DNA of 64,000 nucleotides from Candidatus Micrarchaeota archaeon (GTDB lineage Archaea; Micrarchaeota; Micrarchaeia; Micrarchaeales; CABMGC01). The position numbers were made by a program, and so were the translations under genes. The notes beneath the pieces were generated by a model, which ran no database searches, was not told where the DNA came from, and saw only the letters and a list, made by a program, of their open reading frames with translations. Below are positions 36,816 to 46,172 of the stretch, piece by piece. The stretch's first letter is position 1. Each line of letters begins with the position of its first letter. The stretch is taken from NCBI GenBank assembly GCA_023270055.1, contig JAGDYB010000019.1, positions 32,129 to 96,128 on the forward strand, read 5' to 3'.

Positions 36816-37838
36816 ATGACAGCCAAAAAATCAAAGGCAAAAAAAGCCAGGGTGAGGCTTGCCTCGCGGAAGCGCAAACGCATTCAAAAAAAGGCAGTTG
36901 CACAAGCAAAGAAGAAAAATAAGACATCACTTCAGCAGCAAGTAGCCAGCATTGAAGAACTTCTTACTAAAAACATACTTGACGAAAAATCTGAAAGAAC
37001 TGCAAGCCCTATACTGCCTGCAGTGCTTTACAACCTGAATGCAGCAACAAGAAGCCTTGCCTATCAGTTAGGCTACGACCTTGGATACAAGATATGTGCG
37101 ACTACGCGCGGCGGAATAAACGCGCTGCTTACCGTGCTGAAAAACGCGGGCTTGGGCGACATGCTGTATTATCCATTCAGTGATATGGCAAGAATATCAA
37201 CGCTCAAAAAGAGCCCGATAGCAAACGTAGGAATGAGAATGCACAACTATGAAGCTGGCATAATTTCCGGATTCATGTCGAACGCGCTTTCCAGGAAGAT
37301 AAATGTAACAGAGTCAAAGTGCATATACAACGGCGACGAAAGATGCGAATTCATTGCGTCGCCATTACCTCAAGCGAACGAAACTGCTGGCAGTGAGCAG
37401 GCAAGCATAACTCCCAATTCATTGGGGAGCATTATGAACTATCTGGTGACAAGCCCTCCAGATTCTGACACCGCAAACGGGAGCTATGTTATGCTGAAGC
37501 TTGCTCCTTTCACTAGGCAACCGCTTCTCAACGCAACTGCAAAGCTATTTTCGTCGCTCGGCGGCAACATGAACGGCAGCAATCTGGACAAGCTTGCACG
37601 ATTTCTCCCCGGCATCGAAAAGATAGAGGTCAGCAGGCGCAAGCGCAGGATAAGCGGGATTTCAGTGAAATATAGCAAAGAATATTCTTCGATGCCGTAT
37701 GTGGCGTTTTCTTCACCTTTCATACTGGGTGCAAGCGCAAGCATGCTGGGCATGCAATCCAAAGAGCCGAAAGTAGCAATAAAATTAAATAATGATAGCT
37801 CGTATACATTAGAAATAAAAAGGCAAACAGGCAAATAG
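36816..37838 (+). CDS. V4R-domain protein with polybasic N-terminus
   Basis: N-terminus 'KKSKAKKARVRLASRKRKRIQKKAVAQAKKKNK'. V4R-like 'HNYEAGIISGFMSNAL...SKCIYNGDERCEFIA'. 340 aa. Confidence 0.5.
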   Translation: MTAKKSKAKKARVRLASRKRKRIQKKAVAQAKKKNKTSLQQQVASIEELLTKNILDEKSERTASPILPAVLYNLNAATRSLAYQLGYDLGYKICATTRGGINALLTVLKNAGLGDMLYYPFSDMARISTLKKSPIANVGMRMHNYEAGIISGFMSNALSRKINVTESKCIYNGDERCEFIASPLPQANETAGSEQASITPNSLGSIMNYLVTSPPDSDTANGSYVMLKLAPFTRQPLLNATAKLFSSLGGNMNGSNLDKLARFLPGIEKIEVSRRKRRISGISVKYSKEYSSMPYVAFSSPFILGASASMLGMQSKEPKVAIKLNNDSSYTLEIKRQTGK

Positions 37839-37854
37839 ATTTTGGGCTGGTGCT

Positions 37855-39300
37855 TTGTTCTTAGAAAAATTAGACCCCATATTCAAGCTTATACCTAGCA
37901 TAAGGAAGCCGTCAACCCCACTTACATTCAAGGCGAAACTCAAGTGGACCGCAATAATAATGGGTGTCTACTTCCTTCTATTCAGCATACCCGCCGTAGG
38001 GGTAAGCATATCAACGCTGTCCCAGCCAGCGCTGCAGCTCATAAGCATAATTTTTGCCGCTAGGATAGGCAGCCTGATAACTGTAGGCATAGGCCCGATA
38101 GTGCTTGCAAGCATAGTTCTGCAGCTTCTCGTAGGATCGAAGGCCATAAACGTCGATCTCAACGATCCAGAGCAGAAGTCGAGGTTCCAGAGCACGCAAA
38201 AGCTTTCTGCTATAGTTATAGCGATCATAGAGGCGTTCGTATTCGTGGCCACAAAATACGTGCCTACGAGCCCCAACTACTTCGGCCTTGTGGTATTCCA
38301 GCTTGCTCTTGGTGCCATATTCGTTATATATATGGACGAGGCGATGACAAAATACGGCCTCACCTCTGGAATAAACCTGTTCATAGCCGGCGGGGTAGCA
38401 TACGCGATAATAGCAGGCACATTTAACATCATGCTGCCCGGAGCAATAGCAGCAATACAAGCAGGCGGCGCAGCAGCATTATCAAATGCCATACTCGCAT
38501 TCGGTCCTCTTTTCTTCGCAATAATCGTATTTCTTGTAAGTATATATGCTTACGACATAAAACTGGAGCTGCCGCTCGTCTTCAATCAGTTTCGCGGGGT
38601 TGGTGGCAGGCTACCGCTTCCGCTGCTTTACGTGAGCGTGCTTCCAGTCATACTCGCTACGTCTTTCGAGCTGAGCCTTACAGTATGGTTCAAGTTCCTG
38701 AGCGGCGTCACTGGAAGTCTGGCAAACCTAGCCAGGTTTATAGCATATTACCCGCCTGGAGCAACGGAGCCTACAGGAGGGCTGTTATACCTAATCTCCC
38801 CTCTCTTTCCTATGCCATACCCGGCGAAATTTGGTGGCGTAGGTGGATATGCGCAGTATTTTGCCTATCTTTCAACGCACACGAGCCCGCTGTATCTTCC
38901 TGCAGGGGGCATAATGTATGTGCCGGAAGTTTTCCATATACTCATATATACGCTAGTTCTTGTGGCGTTGTGCGTAGTGTTTGGCAAGTTCTGGATTGAG
39001 ATGACAGGGCAAAACCCCAAGACGGTCGCGGGGCAGCTGCAGGATTACGGCTGGCAGATACCTGGGTTCAGAAGGGATCCGCGCATCGTAGAAAGCATGC
39101 TCAACAAGTACATACCTACAATAACCGTTCTTGGCAGCATTGTGGTGGCGCTTCTAGCTTCGTTCGCTACGCTAACCGGGGCGGTAGGCACCGGCGTGGG
39201 AATTCTTCTTACAGTAGGTATAATGTACATGCTTTACCAGCAGCTTGAACAGGAGCACGCTTTTGAGAGCTATGCAAAACTGGACAAGTTCCTTTCATGA
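37855..39300 (+). CDS. secY: Preprotein translocase subunit SecY
   Basis: 481 aa, 10-TM pattern. N-terminus 'LIPSIRKPSTPLTFKAKLKWTAIIMGVYFLL', 'RGSLITVGIGPIV'-like segment, 'GFRRDPRIVE'. Confidence 0.9.
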   Translation: MFLEKLDPIFKLIPSIRKPSTPLTFKAKLKWTAIIMGVYFLLFSIPAVGVSISTLSQPALQLISIIFAARIGSLITVGIGPIVLASIVLQLLVGSKAINVDLNDPEQKSRFQSTQKLSAIVIAIIEAFVFVATKYVPTSPNYFGLVVFQLALGAIFVIYMDEAMTKYGLTSGINLFIAGGVAYAIIAGTFNIMLPGAIAAIQAGGAAALSNAILAFGPLFFAIIVFLVSIYAYDIKLELPLVFNQFRGVGGRLPLPLLYVSVLPVILATSFELSLTVWFKFLSGVTGSLANLARFIAYYPPGATEPTGGLLYLISPLFPMPYPAKFGGVGGYAQYFAYLSTHTSPLYLPAGGIMYVPEVFHILIYTLVLVALCVVFGKFWIEMTGQNPKTVAGQLQDYGWQIPGFRRDPRIVESMLNKYIPTITVLGSIVVALLASFATLTGAVGTGVGILLTVGIMYMLYQQLEQEHAFESYAKLDKFLS

Positions 39301-39329
39301 GCACCAAAAAACCGAAGCACGGCAACGCA

Positions 39330-41087
39330 TTATTCCTCTAGCCTTTCCTTCAGCTTGTAGAATTCGCCCCACAGCTCCCTAGGCATACGCTCGCCGAAGC
39401 TTTCAAGGAAGGGCTTTACCTCCTCAAGCTCTTTTAGCCATCCTTCTTTGTCTACGTACAGAAGCTTCTCTGCCTGCTCCCTTGATACCTTGCCGTAGTC
39501 GAAGCTTTCGATGCTGGGTACCATGCCAATTGGAGTTTCGACGGCATCTCTTGCGCCGCCGCTTGCCCTTTCTATTATCCACTTCAGCACGCGCATATTT
39601 TCTCCGAAGCCTGGCCATATATACTTGCCGTTTTCGTCCTTCCTGAACCAATTTATCATATATATTTTTGGCTTGTCCCTTATCTGTTCGCCCATCTTGA
39701 GCCAATGCGCAAAGTAGTCTGCCATATTGTAGCCGCAGAATGGCCTCATAGCCATGGGGTCGTTCCTTACCACGCCAACTTTTCCCACAACCGCAGCCGT
39801 TGTTTCGGCCCTGAGCATTGCGCCGAGCAAAACGCCGTGCGCCCAATTGTACGCCTCAAAAACAAGCGGCACAAGTGTTGTCCTTCTTCCGCCAAAAAGC
39901 ATCGCATTTATCTTCATTCCTTCCGCAGCAGTATATTTATCGGAAAGGTATGGATACTGCCTTATCGGCGTGGTGAACCTTGAATTTGGGTGAGCTGCAG
40001 GCCCGTTTTTAGGGTCGTAGCTTCTTCCCTGCCAGTCTATGAGCCCCTGCGGTGGCTCGCCAAGGCCCTCCCACCACGGTTCTATTTCAGTTGTGAGTGC
40101 AACGTTGGTGAATATGGTGTTGCTGTTTATAGAACGCATGGCATTTGGATTTGTTTTGTCGTTGGTGCCTGGCGCCACGCCGAAAAACCCGTACTCCGGA
40201 TTTATGGCGTTTACTCCCCCTCCATGCTCAAAGAGCCATATTATGTCATCGCTCAGGAGCCTGACTTTCCATCCCTTGAAATCTTCTGGCGGGTTGATCA
40301 TAGCGAGGTTAGTCTTCCCGCTAGAGCTTGGAAATGCGCCGGATATGCCATAGCTTTTGCCTTCTGGTGTAGTCACCTCTATTGCCATCATGTGCTCAGT
40401 CATAAATCCTTTTTCCTTAGCGATTGCGCTCGCTATCCTGAGTGCGTGGCATTTCTTGCTCAGCAGCGCATTGCCGCCGTAATCGGTGTTTACGCTTATT
40501 ATAAGCCTCTCCTTTGGGAAGTGTGCGATATACCTTTTGTTTGGGTCTAACTGCATAGTTTGGTGTATTCCAAGAACGTGCTCCTCACCTTTCTCAAGCC
40601 GTTCTATTGCTGCATCGCCGACAAGTGCTATGATCATCTGGTTTGCAGCTACGTAAGCACTGTCAGTTATCTCTATTCCAACCTGCGAGTATTCTGAGCC
40701 ATTTGGGCCGAGCACGTACGGCAACACGTACAGCTCCTTTCCAGCAGAGGCGTTTGCAATGAGCTTGAACAGCATCTCCTTTGCCTCTCTCCTGTCAAGC
40801 CAGTTGTTCGTAGGCCCAGCCTCCTCCTTGCTATCTGTGCATATATACGTGTTCTGTTCCGTCCTCGCCACGTCGTTCGGGTTGCTTCTGGCGAGATAGC
40901 AGTTCGGGTATGTAGTTTCGTTCAGCTTTATGAGCCTGCCCTCGCCAAGCAGCCTGCTAACAAGCATTTCGTATTCCTCTGGCTTACCGTGTAGCATCGT
41001 CACCTTCTTTGGATTTAGTAGCTCAACAACATCTCCCACTTCCTTGTCAACATCCTCATTCTGGAATAAGCCCCTACTCGTCATCAT
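39330..41087 (-). CDS. pckG: Phosphoenolpyruvate carboxykinase (GTP)
   Basis: 'FPSSSGKTNLAM' (kinase-1a; Ser where many GTP-PEPCKs have Cys), 'YGGNALLSKKC', 'GENMRVLKWI'. 585 aa. Confidence 0.9.
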   Translation of the reverse strand: MMTSRGLFQNEDVDKEVGDVVELLNPKKVTMLHGKPEEYEMLVSRLLGEGRLIKLNETTYPNCYLARSNPNDVARTEQNTYICTDSKEEAGPTNNWLDRREAKEMLFKLIANASAGKELYVLPYVLGPNGSEYSQVGIEITDSAYVAANQMIIALVGDAAIERLEKGEEHVLGIHQTMQLDPNKRYIAHFPKERLIISVNTDYGGNALLSKKCHALRIASAIAKEKGFMTEHMMAIEVTTPEGKSYGISGAFPSSSGKTNLAMINPPEDFKGWKVRLLSDDIIWLFEHGGGVNAINPEYGFFGVAPGTNDKTNPNAMRSINSNTIFTNVALTTEIEPWWEGLGEPPQGLIDWQGRSYDPKNGPAAHPNSRFTTPIRQYPYLSDKYTAAEGMKINAMLFGGRRTTLVPLVFEAYNWAHGVLLGAMLRAETTAAVVGKVGVVRNDPMAMRPFCGYNMADYFAHWLKMGEQIRDKPKIYMINWFRKDENGKYIWPGFGENMRVLKWIIERASGGARDAVETPIGMVPSIESFDYGKVSREQAEKLLYVDKEGWLKELEEVKPFLESFGERMPRELWGEFYKLKERLEE

Positions 41088-41274
41088 GTTATCATCGAGC
41101 TAGCTGCTGCTTTCATCCTTTTATAGTTGTCGTGGATTCTGCTGTTGTCAAATTCATATTGCTAAGCGTTATCTTATATCAGATATTAACATAAATGTTT
41201 TGCGAGCGCATATTTAAATATTTATCTAATAATAGATATCTATAAAATGAATTAAGACAATAAATGGTGATAAA

Positions 41275-41826
41275 ATGATAGATGAAGAAGACGATGTTCG
41301 TGGTCCAAGGCGTGGTATGCGTGGCGGCATGGGAAGAGGAGGCGGAGGCATTGGAGGTAGAGGTCATGGTCAAGGAATGCGTGGCCCAGGTATGCACGGC
41401 GCTGGCATGCATCATTATGGCATGCATTTCGGCAGGCGCGGGGCGCTTCGCCCGCTGATAATAAGCATGCTCTCCGAATTGCCAAGGAACGGCCCTGAAC
41501 TAATGGACGCGATAGAAAACATATACGGCTGGCGCCCTAGCCCAGGCTCAATATACCCGATTCTAGACGAGCTTGAAAGTGAAGGGATAATAGAGAAAAA
41601 GGACGAAAAGTACAGGCTAACAGGCAATGCGCAGGACAATACGGACTGGCCCTTCGGTTTCGGCAGGCCCGCAACAACATTCGACATAATAGAAAGAATT
41701 GACATGTGGCTTGACTATTTCGAAAAAATGAAAAGCAGGGATCCAAACAGTTTCAAGGCATATTCGGAAAAGCTGAGCCAGATGAGGGATAAGATGAACA
41801 AGCTTGTTGGCAGCGGCGCAACATAA
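41275..41826 (+). CDS. PadR-family transcriptional regulator with Gly/Arg/Met/His-rich N-terminal region
   Basis: wHTH 'LIISMLSELPRNGPELMDAIENIYGWRPSPGSIYPILDELESEGII', preceded by 'RGMRGGMGRGGGGIGGRGHGQGMRGPGMHGAGMHHYGMH'. Confidence 0.7.
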   Translation: MIDEEDDVRGPRRGMRGGMGRGGGGIGGRGHGQGMRGPGMHGAGMHHYGMHFGRRGALRPLIISMLSELPRNGPELMDAIENIYGWRPSPGSIYPILDELESEGIIEKKDEKYRLTGNAQDNTDWPFGFGRPATTFDIIERIDMWLDYFEKMKSRDPNSFKAYSEKLSQMRDKMNKLVGSGAT

Positions 41827-41974
41827 GCGCAGAAGCATTTATGCATATGTGAAAAGAGGATGAGGGATCCGCGTATCAGAAGGTGGGGATTTAAGCGCGA
41901 ATCCTTCAGAGTTATCTATGATAATTAATATATAAATACTTGTCTTTTTTATAAAATTTATGCACAAATTATTG

Positions 41975-43012
41975 TTATTTTGTAAAGTCAGCCCGCCATC
42001 TTATGAGTTTATACTCATTTTGCGCATCTATGCTTCTTATGGGAAGTCTGCCAAGTATCACTTTGTCTAAGTATGCAAATTTCACTTCTACTTTATGCTT
42101 TTCAAGAACAGATTTATGGTAATTTATGTCGTGTTTCAGTGCCGAATCGTAGCTGTCAAATGCACCTAGGGTGAAGAAGTCATAGCTTCCCACCAGCGGC
42201 GCACACACCAAATATCTGCTCACCAGCGAAAATCTATCATCGTTTAAAAATGCCTTCCTTGCGAGGGCCGAGCTTTCCTCATACCCTTCCCTCGGGCTAT
42301 ACTTGCTGAAAAACGACATAAAAACAATGCCTTTTGGTGGCGCCATGCTTATTGTGGCTCTTTCTATATAACCGCTTTTAATCATCTTTTCGAATGTGTA
42401 CGCCACTGTGTTAAAGTGTATGCCAAGCTTTTTCGAGATTTCCTGGAATGTTGCTCTCGAATTTTCATTGAGCACCTTAAGCAGGTTCTTATATTTCTCC
42501 TTTATTGCCAATTGATCTATCAGCTCATTCCTTACTGGAAAATAGCCTAGCTGCTTGTGCACCGCCCAAGAGGACTGCCATGTGGCGCCGTATTTCGATA
42601 ATGCTATTTGCATTGCCTTGTCCCAATTTGCATATTCTCTGCTTATCGGCGTTACCGCATATATGATCATATCATAGTCTCCCTTTGTCGCAACTGCAAC
42701 CTGCGGCACATAAGACTTTGCAAGAATCTCTGCAATCTTGTCGTAGTCCGGCTTTTTCCCGAATTTTATCATGACAAGGTGTGGATTGTCAATTCCAAGC
42801 TTGGCTTCGTTAAGTTCCAGTGTGTACCGTATATCAAATGTTTTTTCCACATGCTTCAATTTTTTAATCGCTGTTACACGAGATACTCCAACTTTCTTCG
42901 ATAGATCTGAAACAGAAATTCTTGCATCTTCTGAAAGAAACCTTATAATTTTTCTTACCTGTATGTCGTATGTGTCGTTGAACGCGCTGTGAAACTCATA
43001 ATCATAATTCAT
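41975..43012 (-). CDS. Tandem Lrp/AsnC-like transcriptional regulator (two HTH plus effector-like modules)
   Basis: Two HTH segments, 'ARISVSDLSKKVGVSRVTAIKKLKHVEK' and 'SRATFQEISKKLGIHFNTVAYTFEKMIKSGYI'. Each is followed by about 100 aa. 345 aa in total. Confidence 0.55.
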   Translation of the reverse strand: MNYDYEFHSAFNDTYDIQVRKIIRFLSEDARISVSDLSKKVGVSRVTAIKKLKHVEKTFDIRYTLELNEAKLGIDNPHLVMIKFGKKPDYDKIAEILAKSYVPQVAVATKGDYDMIIYAVTPISREYANWDKAMQIALSKYGATWQSSWAVHKQLGYFPVRNELIDQLAIKEKYKNLLKVLNENSRATFQEISKKLGIHFNTVAYTFEKMIKSGYIERATISMAPPKGIVFMSFFSKYSPREGYEESSALARKAFLNDDRFSLVSRYLVCAPLVGSYDFFTLGAFDSYDSALKHDINYHKSVLEKHKVEVKFAYLDKVILGRLPIRSIDAQNEYKLIRWRADFTK

Positions 43013-43125
43013 TTAATCATATTTACAATTTAACAAATCTTAACGCCGAAATTATAATATTATATCAGATTTAATAATCTTTTTCGTCTATACTTATATT
43101 AGTAGATACTCCACTTGGCGGTTGC

Positions 43126-44406
43126 GTGAACCTTAAGTTGCTTGCAAATACATACCTGCTGCTTGCACTTGTGCTGGGTGCGTTGCTGCCTGTCATGCTC
43201 GATTTTGCAAGCGGATCAAATCTTGCTGGGTTTCTGTTCTATACCTATCTTATCTCAGTTTTTGTATCCCTGCTACTGATTGTTTCGACTAAGCGCACTG
43301 GCCGGCTCATTGCATACTTCAAGAATGTCAAGGATTTTCTGCTCATAGCGTTCATAGGCTTGCTCAACTATGCACTGCTTGAATACGGTATAACTTACGC
43401 TGAGAAATTCGTAAGCGCGTCGCTTGCCACTGTGGTATACAGAACATCGCCTATACTCATGCTCATATTTCTTCCTCTTATCCTAAGGGAAAGAGTGACG
43501 AAATATCAGCTTCTTGCGCTGGTACTGGGTTTTGTCGGGCTCTACATAGCAATTAGCGGTGGGACCTTGAGCTTTGCATATAGCGGTAATTCTCTTATTG
43601 TAATATTCCTCATTTTCGTGGCTCTGGCTGGCGCCCTTGCTACCGTACTGGTAAAAAAGTATTCATTTGACATGATAACTGGGATGTTTATATTTAACCT
43701 AGCCAACATGTTGTTTTTTGGGGCAGTGTTTCTCGCAAGCGGCGCTTACACGGTCACATTCTCGACTAACGAGATAATTGCATTGCTATACGTCGGTATT
43801 ATCTATAACGTTTTTGTCGGGTTTATGTATTACGATTCGTTCAGAATGCTCAAATCCACATTCGTGACAAACATATATTTCCTTTCTCCATTCATAACTT
43901 TCCTGTTTGCAGGCATAATTCTTGGCGAGGCGATAAAGATATACTACATAGTAATAGCACTCCTTGTTGCAGTGGGCATAATAATCCAAAAATTCGACAA
44001 GCTGGGCAGCACATATTCACCAAAAGAAAACAAGCACAAAAATTACACAATATTTGACGTCACCAGCGCGTTTGTGAATACGCAGGAAGATGTTGTTTAT
44101 AATGTAATAAAGTCCGGCGGCAGGGTGCTGGCAATAAATGTGAGCGGCAAGCCTAAACATTTCGTAGAAAGTGCCATGAATATCCCAAATGGTGGCCTTT
44201 TGGTATATACTGATAGCCATAAATTCGTGAGAAATGAGGAGAGAGAATTTGTCAGAGACATTATAGGCGCAAAGGAGGGCGACAGTGTGATAATGTGTGC
44301 AGGGCAGCAGGAGCAGACTGAAAGTGCCTTGTTTTCTATAATGGAGAAACTTGAGTCGGGAGAAAACACATTTGCAATGCCAAACTCTCAGCAAAAGCAG
44401 AATTAA
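43126..44406 (+). CDS. EamA/DMT-family transporter with about 130-aa C-terminal soluble extension
   Basis: About 10 TM helices in two EamA-like halves, followed by a hydrophilic tail (residues about 295-426) with no recognised motif. Confidence 0.7.
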   Translation: MNLKLLANTYLLLALVLGALLPVMLDFASGSNLAGFLFYTYLISVFVSLLLIVSTKRTGRLIAYFKNVKDFLLIAFIGLLNYALLEYGITYAEKFVSASLATVVYRTSPILMLIFLPLILRERVTKYQLLALVLGFVGLYIAISGGTLSFAYSGNSLIVIFLIFVALAGALATVLVKKYSFDMITGMFIFNLANMLFFGAVFLASGAYTVTFSTNEIIALLYVGIIYNVFVGFMYYDSFRMLKSTFVTNIYFLSPFITFLFAGIILGEAIKIYYIVIALLVAVGIIIQKFDKLGSTYSPKENKHKNYTIFDVTSAFVNTQEDVVYNVIKSGGRVLAINVSGKPKHFVESAMNIPNGGLLVYTDSHKFVRNEEREFVRDIIGAKEGDSVIMCAGQQEQTESALFSIMEKLESGENTFAMPNSQQKQN

Positions 44407-44414
44407 TGCAAATG

Positions 44415-44489
44415 TGGGCCTGAGGGGATTTGAACCCCTGACTTACTGGTTAAAAGCCAGCCACTCTGGCCAAGCTGAGTTACAGGCCC
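44415..44489 (-). tRNA. tRNA-Lys (UUU)
   Basis: Hand fold: GGGCCTG TA ACTC AGCTTGGCCA GAGT G GCTGG CTTTTAA CCAGT AAGTC AGGGG TTCAAAT CCCCT CAGGCCC A. No intron. Confidence 0.9.
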
Positions 44490-44532
44490 ATAAGCTTCAT
44501 TTTCCTAAACTGGTCAAACAAAAACTAAAAGA

Positions 44533-44763
44533 TTATCTTTTTTGGTTGGCAAAGTTTGCTTCTTCATTTGACAGCTCCAACATTCTCGACTTCTGATAAC
44601 CGCTTACTCCTTCGCTCGCATCTCTGTAGAGCTCGGAAGCCTGTCTGTGCAGCTCCTTCGCCTTTTCGGGATCAGTAACTTCAGATCTTTTTGCAACTTC
44701 TCTAAGAGTGTTCGCAGCACTTACATCCACCACCCACTTCGGCACATCATTAAGTTTTTCCAT
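44533..44763 (-). CDS. Hypothetical small helical protein (76 aa)
   Basis: ORF with charged, helical composition. TATA-like 'AATATAATTTATAC' upstream. No motif recognised. Confidence 0.35.
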   Translation of the reverse strand: MEKLNDVPKWVVDVSAANTLREVAKRSEVTDPEKAKELHRQASELYRDASEGVSGYQKSRMLELSNEEANFANQKR

Positions 44764-44897
44764 TATATCCCCCGCTATGCGTATAAATTATATTACATTA
44801 TCCTTATATTTATTGCTTGCCATTCAGCAGGCTTTGCCGGCAAAGCAAAATCTTATAAACAAAGAAATTCAAGGAAAGATTAGCACAACAAAAAAAG

Positions 44898-45251
44898 TTA
44901 ATTGCGTTTTGCTTTTTTTATCTGTTCCGCTACCTTTTCCTTGTCCTCCACTTCTATTATTAAATAGTCATAAGGCTCATTTTTAAATTCTATTGTAACG
45001 CATTTTGTTGGATCTTTCATCGCAAAGAATGCCGTTTTACCGCCCCTCATTACATATCTACCCTCTTTAATAATACCAGGCAAGCCTGTTCCTCCAACTC
45101 GCAATCCCTCTACCCATTTCTTTTGGTCTGTAGATACAGAGACCACATTATTTAGGTCGAATTCTAACTTCCTTTTTATAGCCGCCAGTTCTTCAAGGCC
45201 CTGAAATTCCACTTTTATCTTTCCATCTTTTATCTCTACTTTGTGAGCCAT
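44898..45251 (-). CDS. Hypothetical protein (117 aa), possibly PH-like beta-sandwich
   Basis: Beta-rich pattern 'VEIKDGKIKVEFQG...GRYVMRGGKTAFFAMKDPTKCVTIEF' and a C-terminal helix. The fold guess is weak. Confidence 0.4.
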   Translation of the reverse strand: MAHKVEIKDGKIKVEFQGLEELAAIKRKLEFDLNNVVSVSTDQKKWVEGLRVGGTGLPGIIKEGRYVMRGGKTAFFAMKDPTKCVTIEFKNEPYDYLIIEVEDKEKVAEQIKKAKRN

Positions 45252-45361
45252 TTCATCATCATATTGATGAAGCTTTTTTAATATATAAATTTTTGCTGCG
45301 GGTTTTATTTTACGTTTGCTTTGAGGCGTTTTTTTAACAAAACAAGTATCGTATAAGAAAG

Positions 45362-45433
45362 CGCCCGAAGCAGGGATCGGACCTGCGACCTACTGGTTAA
45401 CAGCCAGTCGCTCTACCACTGAGCTATTCGGGC
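45362..45433 (-). tRNA. tRNA-Asn (GUU)
   Basis: Hand fold: GCCCGAA TA GCTC AGTGGT AGAGC G ACTGG CTGTTAA CCAGT AGGTC GCAGG TCCGATC CCTGC TTCGGGC G. The T-loop reads UCCGAUC, with C at the usually invariant U55 position. Confidence 0.85.
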
Positions 45434-45479
45434 TCTCTAACAGAATGCTGCATTTACCTTTTTAATTTTTTTCTACAGC

Positions 45480-46172
45480 CTATTCCAAATTGAAAAATGG
45501 GAAAGGCTCTGCCAATTCTATTTTTTTCGCATACATATAAGAATGCTCTCCAATTTCGTTTGAAAAATCCATTTTGTTGTTTGAATAATCATACCTTATA
45601 AAACCTTCCTTCGGCAAAGAATCCATGAACGTGTAGTAAAAGATTTTCTGCTCGTCATCTAGCTCATCGAAAAGGTCAAAAGCGCCAAGCACAGCCTTGC
45701 CTTTGTAACTAAACGAATATGCCTTTTCTATATTCTCGTTTTCTATGGCTTTCTTTATCACTGTCCTGACCAGTTGATCCGCCTTTCCTATTTTGACAAA
45801 TGCGACATTGCTTATTTTTTCAGGATTTTCAGATATAAGCCCTGAAAGCTCAGCATCAACGATGCTCATATAATATGTGTCGGTTTGTGATAGGTCAATT
45901 TCATCTGTAAATTCAACTCGCTCATCAAATCCAGCAATATATTTTACGATGCTTTCCTTGGATGCGCTTGGCGTATAATAGAATAGAACATGTCCGTCAA
46001 CAGTTTCTCCCGGCGCAATTATTCTGCTTTCGCCTTTGTAAACTGTCCTTATCAGCTCTGTCGGTGTCTGATCAAACCTGCAGGCATACCTGGCCAAATC
46101 ATTTATTGAAGAGGTTCTTATGAATGCAATCTTTTTCTTTTTATCAGCCTTTGCCAAAAAATCACCCTGCAA
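45480..46172 (-). CDS. Hypothetical cytoplasmic protein (230 aa)
   Basis: Clean ORF overlapping the upstream secreted-protein gene by 11 nt. No motif recognised. Confidence 0.45.
   Translation of the reverse strand: MQGDFLAKADKKKKIAFIRTSSINDLARYACRFDQTPTELIRTVYKGESRIIAPGETVDGHVLFYYTPSASKESIVKYIAGFDERVEFTDEIDLSQTDTYYMSIVDAELSGLISENPEKISNVAFVKIGKADQLVRTVIKKAIENENIEKAYSFSYKGKAVLGAFDLFDELDDEQKIFYYTFMDSLPKEGFIRYDYSNNKMDFSNEIGEHSYMYAKKIELAEPFPFFNLE

Noticed and set aside
39424-40550. Alternative-frame ORFs (140 aa Arg/Gly/Lys-rich on the minus strand, 186 aa on the plus strand) inside pckG.
   Set aside because: The pckG frame has full-length PEPCK-GTP motifs. The others are frame artefacts of a relatively GC-rich gene.
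41179-41838. Several minus-strand ORFs (82, 77, 96, 69 and 73 aa) opposite the PadR gene.
   Set aside because: They are generated by the GC-rich Gly/Arg-coding low-complexity DNA and the antisense of the wHTH region. They have no independent signals.
44351-44596. 81-aa plus-strand ORF.
   Set aside because: It runs across the tRNA-Lys gene (44415-44489, minus strand). Its sequence is simply the tRNA antisense read as protein.
45252-45275. Palindrome TTCATCA-TCATAT-TGATGAA containing TGATGA motifs, considered as a C/D-box sRNA.
   Set aside because: There is no CUGA D box at the required spacing on either strand. It sits directly on the translation start of the 117-aa gene, so it is more likely a start-region hairpin or chance.
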